A stretch of 64,000 bases of DNA from Antedon mediterranea (Eukaryota; Animalia; Echinodermata), in NCBI RefSeq assembly GCF_964355755.1, contig NC_092676.1, forward strand, positions 9,215,888 through 9,279,887. The letters are read 5' to 3'. This document shows, piece by piece, positions 26,040-39,065 of this stretch; positions within the stretch are counted from its first letter, which is position 1, and the number at the start of each line of letters is the position of its first letter. Below the pieces are notes generated by a model. It searched no databases. It was not told where the DNA came from and was given only the letters and a program-made list of their open reading frames with translations. Both the position numbers and the translations under genes were made by a program.

Positions 26040-29000
26040 ATATTTCTGGAATGTCAGGACCATTCTACGTCAATCCATACTATTGTGAACCCGGCCCGAG
26101 GCGTCGGGGTGTGGTCATATTGCCACTTTAAAAGTAGTGCTGTTAATACTTAGTAAAAAAACACTAAATATACGCATTTTAAATTGCTTTAAAACACGTA
26201 CTTGTCCGCACTGGGCCGGGGCAAGTGGCACATTTCTGGAATGCCAGGACAATACTACGTCAATATATACTATTGTGTACCCGGCCCGAGGCGTCGGGGT
26301 GCGGTCATATGGCCACTTTAAAAGTGGTGTTTACTAAATTAATGCTAAAAATACGCATTTGAAATTGCTTTAAAACACGTACTTGCCCGCACTGGGCCGG
26401 GGCAAGTGGCATATTTCTGGAATGCCAGGACCATTCTACGTCAATCTATACTATCGTGAACCCGGCCCGAGGCGTCGGGGTGTGGTCATATGGCCACTTT
26501 AAAAGTGGTGCTATTAATTCTTAGTAATTATTGGTAAAAATACTCATTTGAAATTGCTTTAAAACACGTACTTGCCCGCACTGGGCCGTGGCAGGTGGCA
26601 CATTTATGGCATGTCAGGACCATTCTACATCAATCTATACTATTGTGAACCCGGCCCGAGGCGTCGGGGTGTGGTCATATTGCCATTTTAAAAGTGGTGC
26701 TATTAATACTTAGTAAAATAACACTAAAAACACGCATTTTAAATTGCTTTAAAATCCGTACTTGCCCGCACTGGGCCGGGGCAAGTGGCACATTTCTGGA
26801 ATGCCAGGACCATACTACGTCAATCTATACTATCGTGAACCCGACTCGAGGCGTCGGGGTGTGGTCATATGGCCACTTTAAAAGTGGTGTTTACTAAATT
26901 AATGCTAAAAATACGCATTTTACCCGCACTGGGCCGGGGCAAGTGGCACATTTCTGGAATGCCAGGACCATACTACGTCAATCTATACTATTGTGTACCC
27001 GGCCCGAGGCGTCGGAGTGTGGTCATATGGCCACTTTAAATGTGGTGCTTTTAATTATTCTTAGTAAATTAATGCTAAAAATACGCATTTGAAATTGCTT
27101 TTAAACACGTACTTTCCCGCAATGGGCTGGGGCAAGTGGCACATTTATGGAATGCCAGGACCATTCTACATCAATCTATACTATTGTGAACCCGACCCGA
27201 GGCGTCGGGGTGTGGTCATGGCCACTTTAAAACTGGTGTTTACTATATTAATGCTAAAAATACGCATTTTAAATTGCTTTAAAATCCGTACTTGCCCGCA
27301 CTGGGCCGTTGCAAGTGGCACATTTCTGGAAAACCAGGACCATACTACGTCAATCTATAATATTGTGTATCCGGCCTGAGGCGTCGGGGTGTGGTCATAT
27401 GGCCACTTTAAAAGTGGTGCTATTATAATACTTAGTTAAAATAACACTAAAAATACACATTTTAAATTGCTTTAAAACACGTACTTGCCCGCACTGGGCC
27501 GGGACAAGTGGCACATTTCTGGAATGCCAGGACCATACTACGTCAATCTATATTATCGTGAACCCGACCCGAAGCGTCGGTGTGTGGTCATATTATGGCC
27601 ACTTTAAAAGTGGTGTTTACTAAATTAATGCTAAAAATACGCATTTGAAATTGCTTTTAAACACGTACTTGCCCGCACTGGGCCGGGGCAAGTGGCACAT
27701 TTCTGGAAAGCCAGGACCATACTGCGTCAATCTATACTATTGTGTACCCGGCCCGAGGCGTCGGGGTGTGGTCATATGGCCACTTTAAAAGTGGTGCTAT
27801 TAATACTTAGTAAAATAACACTAAAAATACGCATTTTAAATTGCTTTAAAACACGTACTTGCCCCCACTGGGCCGGGGCAAGTGGCACATTTCTAGTAAG
27901 TCTGGACCTTTCTACGTCAATCCATACTATTGTGAACCCGGCCCGAGGCGTCGGGGTGTGGTCATATTGCCACTTTAAAAGTGGTGCTATTAATACTTAG
28001 TAAAATAACACTAAAAATACGCATTTTAAATTGCTTTAAAATCCGTACTTGCCCGCACTGGGCCGGGGCAAGTGGCATATTTCGGGAATGCCAGGACCAT
28101 ACTACGTTAATCCATACTTGTGTTCCCGGCCCGAGGCGTCGGGGTGTGGTCATATGGCCACTTTAAATGTGGTGCTATTAATTCTTAGTAAATTAATGCT
28201 AAAAATACGCATTTGAAATTGATTTTAAACACGTACTTGCCCGCACTGGGCCGGGGCAAGTGGCACATTTCTGGAAAGCCAGGACCATACTAAGTCAATC
28301 TATACTATTGTGTACCCGGCCCGAGGCGTCGGGGTGTGGTCATATGGCCACTTTAAAAGTGGTGTTTACTAAATTAATGCTAAAAATACGCATTTTAAAT
28401 TGCTTTAAAATCCGTACTTGCCCGCACTGGGCCGGGGCAAGTGGCACATTTCTGGAATGCCAGGACCATTCTCCGTCAATCTATACTATTGTGTTCCCGG
28501 CCCGAGGCGTTGGGGTGTGGTCATATGGCCACTTTATAAGTGGTGCTATTAATTCTTAGTAAATAATGCTAAAAATACGCATTTGAAATTGCTTTTAAAC
28601 ACGTACTTGCCCGCACTGGGCCGGGGCAAGTGGCACATTTCTGGAAAGTCAGGACCATACTACGTCAATCTATACTATTGTGTACCCGGCCCGAGGCGTC
28701 GGGGTGTGGTCATATGGCCACTTTAAAAGTGGTGTTTACTAAATTAATGCCAAAAATACGCATTTTAAATTGCTTTAAAATCCGTACTCGCCCGCACTGG
28801 GCCGGGGCAAGTGGCACATTTCTAGAAAGTCTGGACCTTTCTACGTCAATCTATATTATTGTGTACCCGGCCCGAGGCGTCGGGGTGTGGTCATATTGCC
28901 ACTTTAAAAGTGGTGCTATTAATACTTAGTAAAATAACACTAAAAATACGCATTTTAAATTGCTTTAAAATCCGTACTTGCCCGCACTGGGCCGGGGCAA

Positions 29001-32000
29001 GTGGCATATTTCTGGAATGCCAGGACCATACTACGTTAATCTATACTATTGTGTTCCCGGCCCGAGGCGTCGGGGTGTGGTCATATGGCCACTTTAAATG
29101 TGGTGCTATTAATTCTTAGTAAATTAATGCTAAAAATACGCATTTGAAATTGATTTTAAACACGTACTTGCCCGCACTGGGCCGGGGCAAGTGGCACATT
29201 TCTGGAAAGCCAGGACCATACTAAGTCAATCTATACTATTGTGTACCCGGCCCGAGGCGTCGGGGTGTGGTCATATGGCCACTTTAAAAGTGGTGTTTAC
29301 TAAATTAATGCTAAAAATACGCATTTTAAATTGCTTTAAAATCCGTACTTGCCCGCACTGGGCCGGGGCAAGTGGCACATTTCTGGAATGCCAGGACCAT
29401 TCTACGTCAATCTATACTATTGTGTTCCCGGCCCGAGGCGTTGGGGTGTGGTCATATGGCCACTTTAAAAGTGGTGCTATTAATTCTTAGTAAATTAATG
29501 CTAAAAATACGCATTTGAAATTGCTTTTAAACACGTACTTGCCCGCACTGGGCCGGGGCAAGTGGCACATTTCTGGAAAGTCAGGACCACACTACGTCAA
29601 TCTATACTATTGTGTACCCGGCCCGAGGCGTCGGGGTGTGGTCATATGGCCACTTTAAAAGTGGTGTTTACTAAATTAATGCCAAAAATACGCATTTTAA
29701 ATTGCTTTAAAATCCGTACTCGCCCGCACTGGGCCGGGGCAAGTGGCACATTTCTAGAAAGTCTGGACCTTTCTACGTCAATCTATATTATTGTGTACCC
29801 GGCCCGAGGCGTCGGGGTGTGGTCATATTGCCACTTTAAAAGTGGTGCTATTAATACTTAGTAAAATAACACTAAAAATACGCATTTTAAATTGCTTTAA
29901 AATCCGTACTTGCCCGCACTGGGCCGGGGCAAGTGGCATATTTCTGGAATGCCAGGACCATACTACGTTAATCTATACTATTGTGTTCCCGGCCCGAGGC
30001 GTCGGGGTGTGGTCATATGGCCACTTTAAATGTGGTGCTATTAATTCTTAGTAAATTAATGCTAAAAATACGCATTTGAAATTGATTTTAAACACGTACT
30101 TGCCCGCACTGGGCCGGGGCAAGTGGCACATTTCTGGAAAGCCAGGACCATACTAAGTCAATCTATACTATTGTGTACCCGGCCCGAGGCGTCGGGGTGT
30201 GGTCATATGGCCACTTTAAAAGTGGTGTTTACTAAATTAATGCTAAAAATACGCATTTTAAATTGCTTTAAAATCCGTACTTGCCCGCACTGGGCCGGGG
30301 CAAGTGGCACATTTCTGGAATGCCAGGACAATTCTACGTCAATCTATACTATTGTGTTCCCGGCCCGAGGCGTTGGGGTGTGGTCATATGGCCACTTTAA
30401 AAGTGGTGCTATTAATTCTTAGTAAATTAATGCTAAAAATACGCATTTGAAATTGCTTTTAAACACGTACTTGCCCGCACTGGGCCGGGGCAAGTGGCAC
30501 ATTTCTGGAAAGTCAGGACCACACTACGTCAATCTATACTATTGTGTACCCGGCCCGAGGCGTCGGGGTGTGGTCATATGGCCACTTTAAAAGTGGTGTT
30601 TACTAAATTAATGCCAAAAATACGCATTTTAAATTGCTTTAAAATCCGTACTCGCCCGCACTGGGCCGGGGCAAGTAGCACATTTCTGGAAAGTCAGGAC
30701 CATACTACGTCAATCTATACTATTGTGTACCCGGCCCGAGGCGTCGGGGTGTGGTCATATTGCCACTTTAAAAGTGGTGCTATTAATACTTAGTAAAATA
30801 ACACTAAAAATACGCATTTTAAATTGCTTTAAAATCCGTACTTGCCCGCACTGGTGGGCCGAGGCAAGTGGCATATTTCTGGAATGCCAGGACCATACTA
30901 CGTTAATCTATACTATTGTGTACCCGGCCCGAGGCGTCGGGGTGTGGTCATATGGCCACTTTAAATGTGGTGCTATTAATTCTTAGTAAATTAATGCTAA
31001 AAATACGCATTTGAAATTGATTTTAAACACGTACTTGCCCGCACTGGGCCGGGGCAAGTGGCACATTTCTGGAAAGCCAGGACCATACTAAGTCAATCTA
31101 TACTATTGTGTACCCGGCCCGAGGCGTCGGGGTGTGGTCATATGGCCACTTTAAAAGTGGTGTTTACTAAATTAATGCTAAAAATACGCATTTTAAATTG
31201 CTTTAAAATCCGTACTTGCCCGCACTGGGCCGGGGCAAGTGGCACATTTCTGGAATGCCAGGACCATTCTACGTCAATCTATACTATTGTGTTCCCGGCC
31301 CAAGGCGTTGGGGTGTGGTCATATGGCCACTTTAAAAGTGGTGCTATTAATTCTTAGTAAATTAATGCTAAAAATACGCATTTGAATTTGCTTTTAAACA
31401 CGTACTTGCCCGCACTGGGCCGGGGCAAGTGGCACATTTCTGGAAAGTCAGGACCATACTACGTCAATCTATACTATTGTGTACCCGGCCCGAGGCGTCG
31501 CGGTGTGGTCATATGGCCACTTTAAAAGTGGTGTTTACTAAATTAATGCCAAAAATACGCATTTTAAATTGCTTTAAAATCCGTACTCGCCCGCACTGGG
31601 CCGGGGCAAGGGGCACATTTCTGGAAAGCCAGGACCATACTACGTCAATCTATACTATTGTGTACCCGGCCCGAGGCGTCGGGGTGCGGTCATATGGCCA
31701 CTTTAAAAGTGATGCTATTAATACTTAGTAAAATAACACTAAAAATACGCATTTTAAAATGCTTTAAAACTCGTACTTGCCCGCACTGGGCCGGGGAAAG
31801 TGGCACATTTCTGGAATGCCAGGACCATACTACGTCAATCTATATTATTGTGTACCCGGCCCGAGGCGTCGGGGTGTGGTCATATGGCCACTTTAAAAGT
31901 GGTGCTATTAATACTTAGTAAAATAACACTAAAAATACGCATTTTAAATTGCTTTAAAACACGTACTTGCCCGCACTGGGCCGGGGCAAGTGGCACATTT

Positions 32001-35000
32001 CTAGAAAGTCTGGACCTTTCTACGTCAATCCATACTATTGTGAACCCGGCCCGAGGCGTCGGGGTGTGGTAATATTGCCACTTTAAAAGTGGTGCTATTA
32101 ATACTTAGTAAAATAACACTAAAAATACGCATTTAAAATTGCTTTAAAATCCGTACTTGCCCGCACTGGGCCGGGGCAAGTGGCATATTTCTGGAATGCC
32201 AGGACCATACTACGTTAATCTATACTATTGTGTTCCCGGCCCGAGGCGTCGGGGTGTGGTCATATGGCCACTTTAAATGTGGTGCTATTAATTCTTAGTA
32301 AATTAATGCTAAAAATACGCATTTGAAATTGCTTTAAAACACGTACTTGCCCGCACTGGGCCGGGACAAGTGGCACATTTCTGGAATGCCAGGACCATAC
32401 TACGTCAATCTATATTATCGTGAACCCGACCCGAAGCGTCGGTGTGTGGTCATATTATGGCCACTTTAAAAGTGGTGTTTACTAAATTAATGCTAAAAAT
32501 ACGCATTTGAAATTGCTTTTAAACACGTACTTGCCCGCACTGGGCCGGGGCAAGTGGTACGTTTATGGAATGCCCGGACCATTCTACATCAATCTATACT
32601 ATTGTGAACCCGACCCGAGGCGTCGGGGTGTGGTCATATGGCCACTTTAAAAGTGGTGTTTACTAAATTAATGCTAAAAATACGCATTTTAAATTGCTTT
32701 AAAATCCGTTCTTGCCCGCACTGGGCCGGGGCAAGTGGCACATTTCTGAAAAGCCAGGACCATACTGCGTCAATCTATACTATTGTGTACCCGGCCCGAG
32801 GCGTCGGGGTGTGGTCATATGGCCACTTTAAAAGTGGTGCTATTAATACTTAGTAAAATAACACTAAAAATACGCATTTTAAATTGCTTTAAAACACGTA
32901 CTTGCCTGCACTGGGCCGGGGCAAGTGGCACATTTCTAGAAAGTCTGGACCTTTCTACGTCAATCCATACTATTGTGAACCCGGCCCGAGGCGTCGGGGT
33001 GTGGTCATATTGCCACTTTAAAAGTGGTGCTATTAATACTTAGTAAAATAACACTAAAAATACGCATTTTAAATTGCTTTAAAATCCGTACTTGCCCGCA
33101 CTGGGCCGGGGCAAGTGGCATATTTCGGGAATGCCAGGACCATACTACGTTAATCCATACTTGTGTTCCCGGCCCGAGGCGTCGGGGTGTGGTCATATGG
33201 CCACTTTAAATGTGGTGCTATTAATTCTTAGTAAATTAATGCTAAAAATACGCATTTGAAATTGATTTTAAACACGTACTTGCCCGCACTGGGCCGGGGC
33301 AAGTGGCACATTTCTGGAAAGCCAGGACCATACTAAGTCAATCTATACTATTGTGTACCCGGCCCGAGGCGTCGGGGTGTGGTCATATGGCCACTTTAAA
33401 AGTGGTGTTTACTAAATTAATGCTAAAAATACGCATTTTAAATTGCTTTAAAATCCGTACTTGCCCGCACTGGGCCGGGGCAAGTGGCACATTTCTGGAA
33501 AGCCAGGACCATACTGCGTCAATCTATACTATTGTGTACCCGGCCCAAGGCGTCGGGGTGTGGTCATATGGACACTTTAAAAGTGGTGCTATTAATACTT
33601 AGTAAAATAACACTAAAAATACGCATTTTAAATTGCTTTAAAACACGTACTTGCCCGCACTGGGCCGGGGCAAGTGGCACATTTCTGGAAAGCCAGGACC
33701 ATACTACGTCAATCTATACTATTGTGTACCCGGCCCGAGGCGTCGGGGTGCGGTCATATTGCCACTTTAAAAGTGGTGCTATTAATACTTAGTAAAATAA
33801 CACTAAAAATACGCATTTTAAATTGCTTTAAAACCCGTACTTGCCCGCACTGGGCCGGGGAAAGTGGCACATTTCTGGAATGCCAGGACCATACTACGTC
33901 AATCTATATTTTTGTGTACCCGGCCCGAGGCGTCGGGGTGTGGTCATATGGCCACTTTAAAAGTGGTGCTATTAATACTTAGTAAAATAACACTAAAAAT
34001 ACGCATTTTAAATTGCTTTAAAACACGTACTTGCCCGCACTGGGCCGGGGCAAGTGGCACATTTCTGGAATGTCCGGACCATTCTACGTCAATCCATACT
34101 ATTGTGAATCCGGCCCGAGGCGTCGGGGTGTGGTCATATTGCCACTTTAAAAGTGGTGCTATTAATACTTAGTAAAATAACACTAAAAATACGCATTTAA
34201 AATTGCTTTAAAATCCGTACTTGCCCGCACTGGGCCGGGGCAAGTGGCATATTTCTGGAATGCCAGGACCATACTACGTTAATCTATACTATTGTGTTCT
34301 CGGCCCGAGGCGTCGGGGTGTGGTCATATGGCCACTTTAAATGTGGTGCTATTAATTCTTAGTAAATTAATGCTAAAAATACGCATTTGAAATTGCTTTA
34401 AAACACGTACTTGCCCGCACTGGGCCGGGACAAGTGGCACATTTCTGGAATGCCAGGACCATACTACGTCAATCTATATTATCGTGAACCCGACCCGAAG
34501 CGTCGGTGTGTGGTCATATTATGGCCACTTTAAAAGTGGTGTTTACTAAATTAATGCTAAAAATACGCATTTGAAATTGCTTTTAAACACGTACTTGCCC
34601 GCACTGGGCCGGGGCAAGTGGCACGTTTATGGAATGCCCGGACCATTCTACATCAATCTATACTATTGTGAACCCGACCCGAGGCGTCGGGGTGTGGTCA
34701 TATGGCCACTTTAAAAGTGGTGTTTACTAAATTAATGCTAAAAATACGCATTTTAAATTGCTTTAAAATCCGTTCTTGCCCGCACTGGGCCGGGGCAAGT
34801 GGCACATTTCTGAAAAGCCAGGACCATACTGCGTCAATCTATACTATTGTGTACCCGGCCCGAGGCGTCGGGGTGTGGTCATATGGCCACTTTAAAAGTG
34901 GTGCTATTAATACTTAGTAAAATAACACTAAAAATACGCATTTTAAATTGCTTTAAAACACGTACTTGCCTGCACTGGGCCTGGGCAAGTGGCACATTTC

Positions 35001-38000
35001 TAGAAAGTCTGGACCTTTCTACGTCAATCCATACTATTGTGAACCCGGCCCGAGGCGTCGGGGTGTGGTCATATTGCCACTTTAAAAGTGGTGCTATTAA
35101 TACTTAGTAAAATAACACTAAAAATACGCATTTGAAATTGCTTTTAAACACGTACTTGCCCGCACTGGGCCGGGGCAAGTGGCACATTTCTGAAAAGTCA
35201 GGAACATACTACGTCAATCTATACTATTGTGTACCCGGCCCGAGGCGTCGGGGTGTGGTCATATGGCCACTTTAAAAGTGGTGTTTACTAAATTAATGCC
35301 AAAAATACGCCTTTTAAATTGCTTTAAAACACGTACTTGCCCGCACTGGGCCGGGGCAAGTGGCACATTTCTGGAATGCCAGGACCATACTACGGCAATC
35401 TATATTATCGTGAACCCGACCCGAAGCGTCGGTGTGTGGTCATATTATGGCCACTTTAAAAGTGGTGTTTACTAAATTAATGCTAAAAATACGCATTTGA
35501 AATTGCTTTTAAACACGTACTTGCCCGCACTGGGCCGGGGCAAGTGGCACATTTATGGAAAGCCAGGACCATACTGCGTCAATCTATACTATTGTGTACC
35601 CGGCCCAAGGCGTCGGGGTGTGGTCATATGGCCACTTTAAAAGTGGTGCTATTAATACTTAGTAAAATAACACTAAAAATACGCATTTTAAATTGCTTTA
35701 AAACACGTACTTGCCCGCGCTGGGCCGGGGCAAGTGGCACATTTCTGGAAAGCCAGGACCATACTACGTCAATCCATACTATTGTGAACCCGGCCCGAGG
35801 CGTCGGGGTGTGGTCATATTGCCACTTTAAAAGTGGTGCTATTAATACTTAGTAAAATAACACTAAAAATACGCATTTTAAATTGCTTTAAAATCCGTAC
35901 TTGCCCGCACTGGGCCGGGGCAAGTGGCACATTTCTGGAATGCCAGGACCATTCTACGTCAATCTATACTATTGTGTTCCCGGCCCGAGGCGTTGGGGTG
36001 TGGTCATATGGCCACTTTAAAAGTGGTGCTATTAATTCTTAGTAAATTAATGCTAAAAATACGCATTTGAAATTGCTTTTAAACACGTACTTGCCCGCAC
36101 TGGGCCGGGGCAAGTGGCACATTTCTGAAAAGTCAGGAACATACTACGTCAATCTATACTATTGTGTACCCGGCCCGAGGCGTCGGGGTGTGGTCATATG
36201 GCCACTTTAAAAGTGGTGTTTACTAAATTAATGCCAAAAATACACATTTTAAATTGCTTTAAAATCCGTACTCGCCCGCACTGGGCCGGGGCAAGTGGCA
36301 CATTTCTGGAAAGCCAGGACCATACTACGTCAATCTATACTATTGTGTACCCGGCCCGAGGCGTCGGGGTGCGGTCATATTGCCACTTTAAAAGTGGTGC
36401 TATTAATACTTAGTAAAATAACACTAAAAATACGCATTTTAAATTGCTTTAAAACCCGTACTTGCCCGCACTGGGCCGGGGAAAGTGGCACATTTCTGGA
36501 ATGCCAGGACCATACTACGTCAATCTATATTTTTGTGTACCCGGCCCGAGGCGTCGGGGTGTGGTCATATGGCCACTTTAAAAGTGGTGCTATTAATACT
36601 TAGTAAAATAACACTAAAAATACGCATTTTAAATTGCTTTAAAACACGTACTTGCCCGCACTGGGCCGGGGCAAGTGGCACATTTCTGGAATGTCCGGAC
36701 CATTCTACGTCAATCCATACTATTGTGAATCCGGCCCGAGGCGTCGGGGTGTGGTCATATTGCCACTTTAAAAGTGGTGCTATTAATACTTAGTAAAATA
36801 ACACTAAAAACACGCATTTTAAATTGCTTTAAAATCCGTATTTGCCCGCACTGGGCCGGGGCAAGTGGCACATTTCTGGAAAGCCAGGACCATACTACGT
36901 CAATCTATACTATTGTGTACCCGGCCCGAGGCGTCGGGGTGTGGTCATATGGCCACTTTAAAAGTGGTGCTATTAATTCTTAGTAAATTATTGCTAAAAA
37001 TACGCATTTGAAATTGCTTTAAAACACGTACTTGCCCGCACTGGGCCGGGGCAAGTGGCACATTTGTGGAATGCCAGGACCATTCTACGTCAATCTATAC
37101 TATTGTGTTCCCGGCCCGAGGCGTTGGGGTGTGGTCATATGGCCACTTTAAAAGTGGTGCTATTAATTCTTAGTAAATTAATGCTAAAAATACGCATTTT
37201 AAATTGCTTTTAAACACGTACTTGCCCGCACTGGGCCGGGGCAAGTGGCACATTTCTGGAAAGTCAGGACCATACTACGTCAATCTATACTATTGTGTAC
37301 CCGGCCCGAGGCGTCGGGGTGTGGTCATATGGCCACTTTAAAAGTGGTGTTTACTAAATTAATGCCAAAAATACGCATTTTAAATTGCTTTAAAATCCGT
37401 ACTCGCCCGCACTGGGCCGGGGCAAGTGGCACATTTCTGGAAAGCCAGGACCATACTACGTCAATCTATACTATTGTGTACCCGGCGGCCGGCCCGAGAC
37501 GTCGGGGTGTGGTCATATTGCCACTTTAAAAGTGGTGCTATTAATACTTAGTAAAATAACACTAAAAATACGCATTTTAAATTGCTTTAAAACCCGTACT
37601 TGCCCGCACTGGGCCGGGGCAATTGGCACATTTCTGGAATGCCAGGACCATACTACGTCAATCTATATTATTGTGTACCCGGCCCGAGGCGTCGGGGTGT
37701 GGTCATATGGCCACTTTAAAAGTGGTGCTATTAATTCTTAGTAAATTATTGCTAAAAATATGCATTTGAAATTGCTTTAAAACACGTACTTGCCCGCACT
37801 GGGCCGGGGCAGGTGGCACATTTCTGGAATGCCAGGACCATACTACGTCAATCTATACTATTGTGTACCCGACGCGAGGCGTCGGTGTGTGGTCATATGG
37901 CCACTTTAAAAGTGGTGTTTACTAAATTAATTCTAAAAATACGCATTTTAAATTGCTTTAAAATCCGTACTTGCCCGATCTGGGTCGGGGCAAGTGGCAC

Positions 38001-38062
38001 ATTTCTGGAATTCCAGGACCATACTACGTCAATCTATACTATTGTGAACCCGGCCCGAGGCG
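26040..38062 (+). repeat. 181/190-bp satellite, right arm (about 64 monomers) with higher-order repeats
   Basis: Orientation flips at ...ccggcccag|atatttctgga. A 5-monomer period of 931-935 bp starts at 28260, 29191, 30123 and 31058. A 2064-bp period links 32638 and 34702. Confidence 0.95.
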
Positions 38063-38405
38063 TTGGTATGGTCGTAATATCGGAACTAAAAAACGTAAAT
38101 CTGTGATAAAATAGGTACATCTACACTAGGTCTACTTTGGTACGAATTTGGGCCAGCCGGTCGGCCGCGGCCTAGCGAACGTCGAATAAGGAACCAACTT
38201 CACGAATGAATGTCGAATAGGGAATAAGTAACAGCAGGAGATTGGTTGGTGGCGCACGGCATATTTACCGCTGGGAAATTATCATTTTCGAAATTTTGGC
38301 CTAGCCTAGCGAATGTCGAACGTCGAATAAGGAACCAACTTCCATTGACGAATGTCGAATAAGGAATAAGTAACCAACTTCACGGCGCTTTTTTCAAGAG
38401 CTTCT

Positions 38406-38476
38406 TTTTTTTTTTTATATGTGAACTTTATTCAATCAATTGTACATTTGTTATAATGGTAACCACAATAAGACAG
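38406..38476 (-). mobile_element. ~70-bp retroposed 3' fragment with AATAAA and poly(A) tail
   Basis: Minus strand reads ...gattgAATAAAgttcacatat(A)12. Absent from the equivalent cttcttggcttggc site in all other 896-bp units. Confidence 0.75.
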
Positions 38477-38892
38477 TGGCTTGGCTAAGACTGTCGAAAC
38501 TGGTTTTAATTAATTAATTTTATCCTAAAAAAAGTACAAGATTGCCCATATATTATAGGCTATCTAGGACCAGGTTCTTTCTATAAATATATGCTAGGCT
38601 ATATTTATATGTAACTCGGCGTTTACGTCATAAAAACATGAGCCTGGTTTTTATTTAGTAGGCCTAGCCTAGTCGACAACATCATTCCCGCACTTCCATC
38701 GTTCATTTTATAAGTAGTCCGTTCTAAATAAAAGGGCCTACCCTAGGCCTAGCTAGCTAGGCTTACCTGCCCATTAGGCCTAGCCTAAATTGTAGTCATC
38801 AGAAAGAGCACTAATCAAAAAACAGATACACAACAAGTAATCAATGATATATCAATATTTTAACACACAAACAGAAAATGAAACCAACTTAC

Positions 38893-39065
38893 AGTATGTT
38901 TAGAACGGGGCTAAGCTTGCAAACAAATACTGTGTAGGCCTACTACTCTCTCCGCAAGCGTAAACATTATTTAATCCACATGTGTTCGGTCATAGAGAAA
39001 AGTTTACTTTCTATTGACTATGGTTCGGTACGGTCTGATGATTTTGAAGAGCGCCACCAATAATT
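38893..39065 (-). promoter_or_regulatory. Candidate non-coding first exon and promoter of the complete PFAS
   Basis: The PFAS ATG is preceded by an acceptor-like tttttttaaag|aatATG (19253), implying an upstream 5' UTR exon. This is the first non-repetitive segment upstream with a GTAAGT donor (38892-38887). Inference only. Confidence 0.35.

Larger units (their letters stand above)
22462..38389. mobile_element. 15.9 kb non-autonomous Foldback-like (MULE-type TSD) DNA transposon
   Basis: Ends are agcgccgtgaagttgg and ccaacttcacggcgct. The ~330-bp outer inverted repeats differ by only about 2 mismatches seen by eye. 9-bp TSD tttttcaag at 22453-22461 and 38390-38398. Empty sites occur in sister 896-bp units (e.g. 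1004-1030). No transposase ORF. Confidence 0.93.
21021..38843 (+). repeat. 896-bp tandem repeat, 2 units; the second is split by the foldback element and the poly(T) insert
   Basis: Units start at 21021 and 21917. The second resumes after 38398 and again after about 38476. Confidence 0.9.

Noticed and set aside
22790-38062. CRISPR-like or tRNA/5S gene array
   Set aside because: There are no unique spacers or cas genes, the context is eukaryotic, and I saw no recognisable tRNA, 5S or snRNA structure in the monomer.
22929-38106. Dozens of similar 60-145 aa ORFs (MAHFWKARTILRQS...)
   Set aside because: They are translations of the satellite monomer in shifting frames, with non-ATG starts and no domain similarity. 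Monomer lengths are not multiples of 3.
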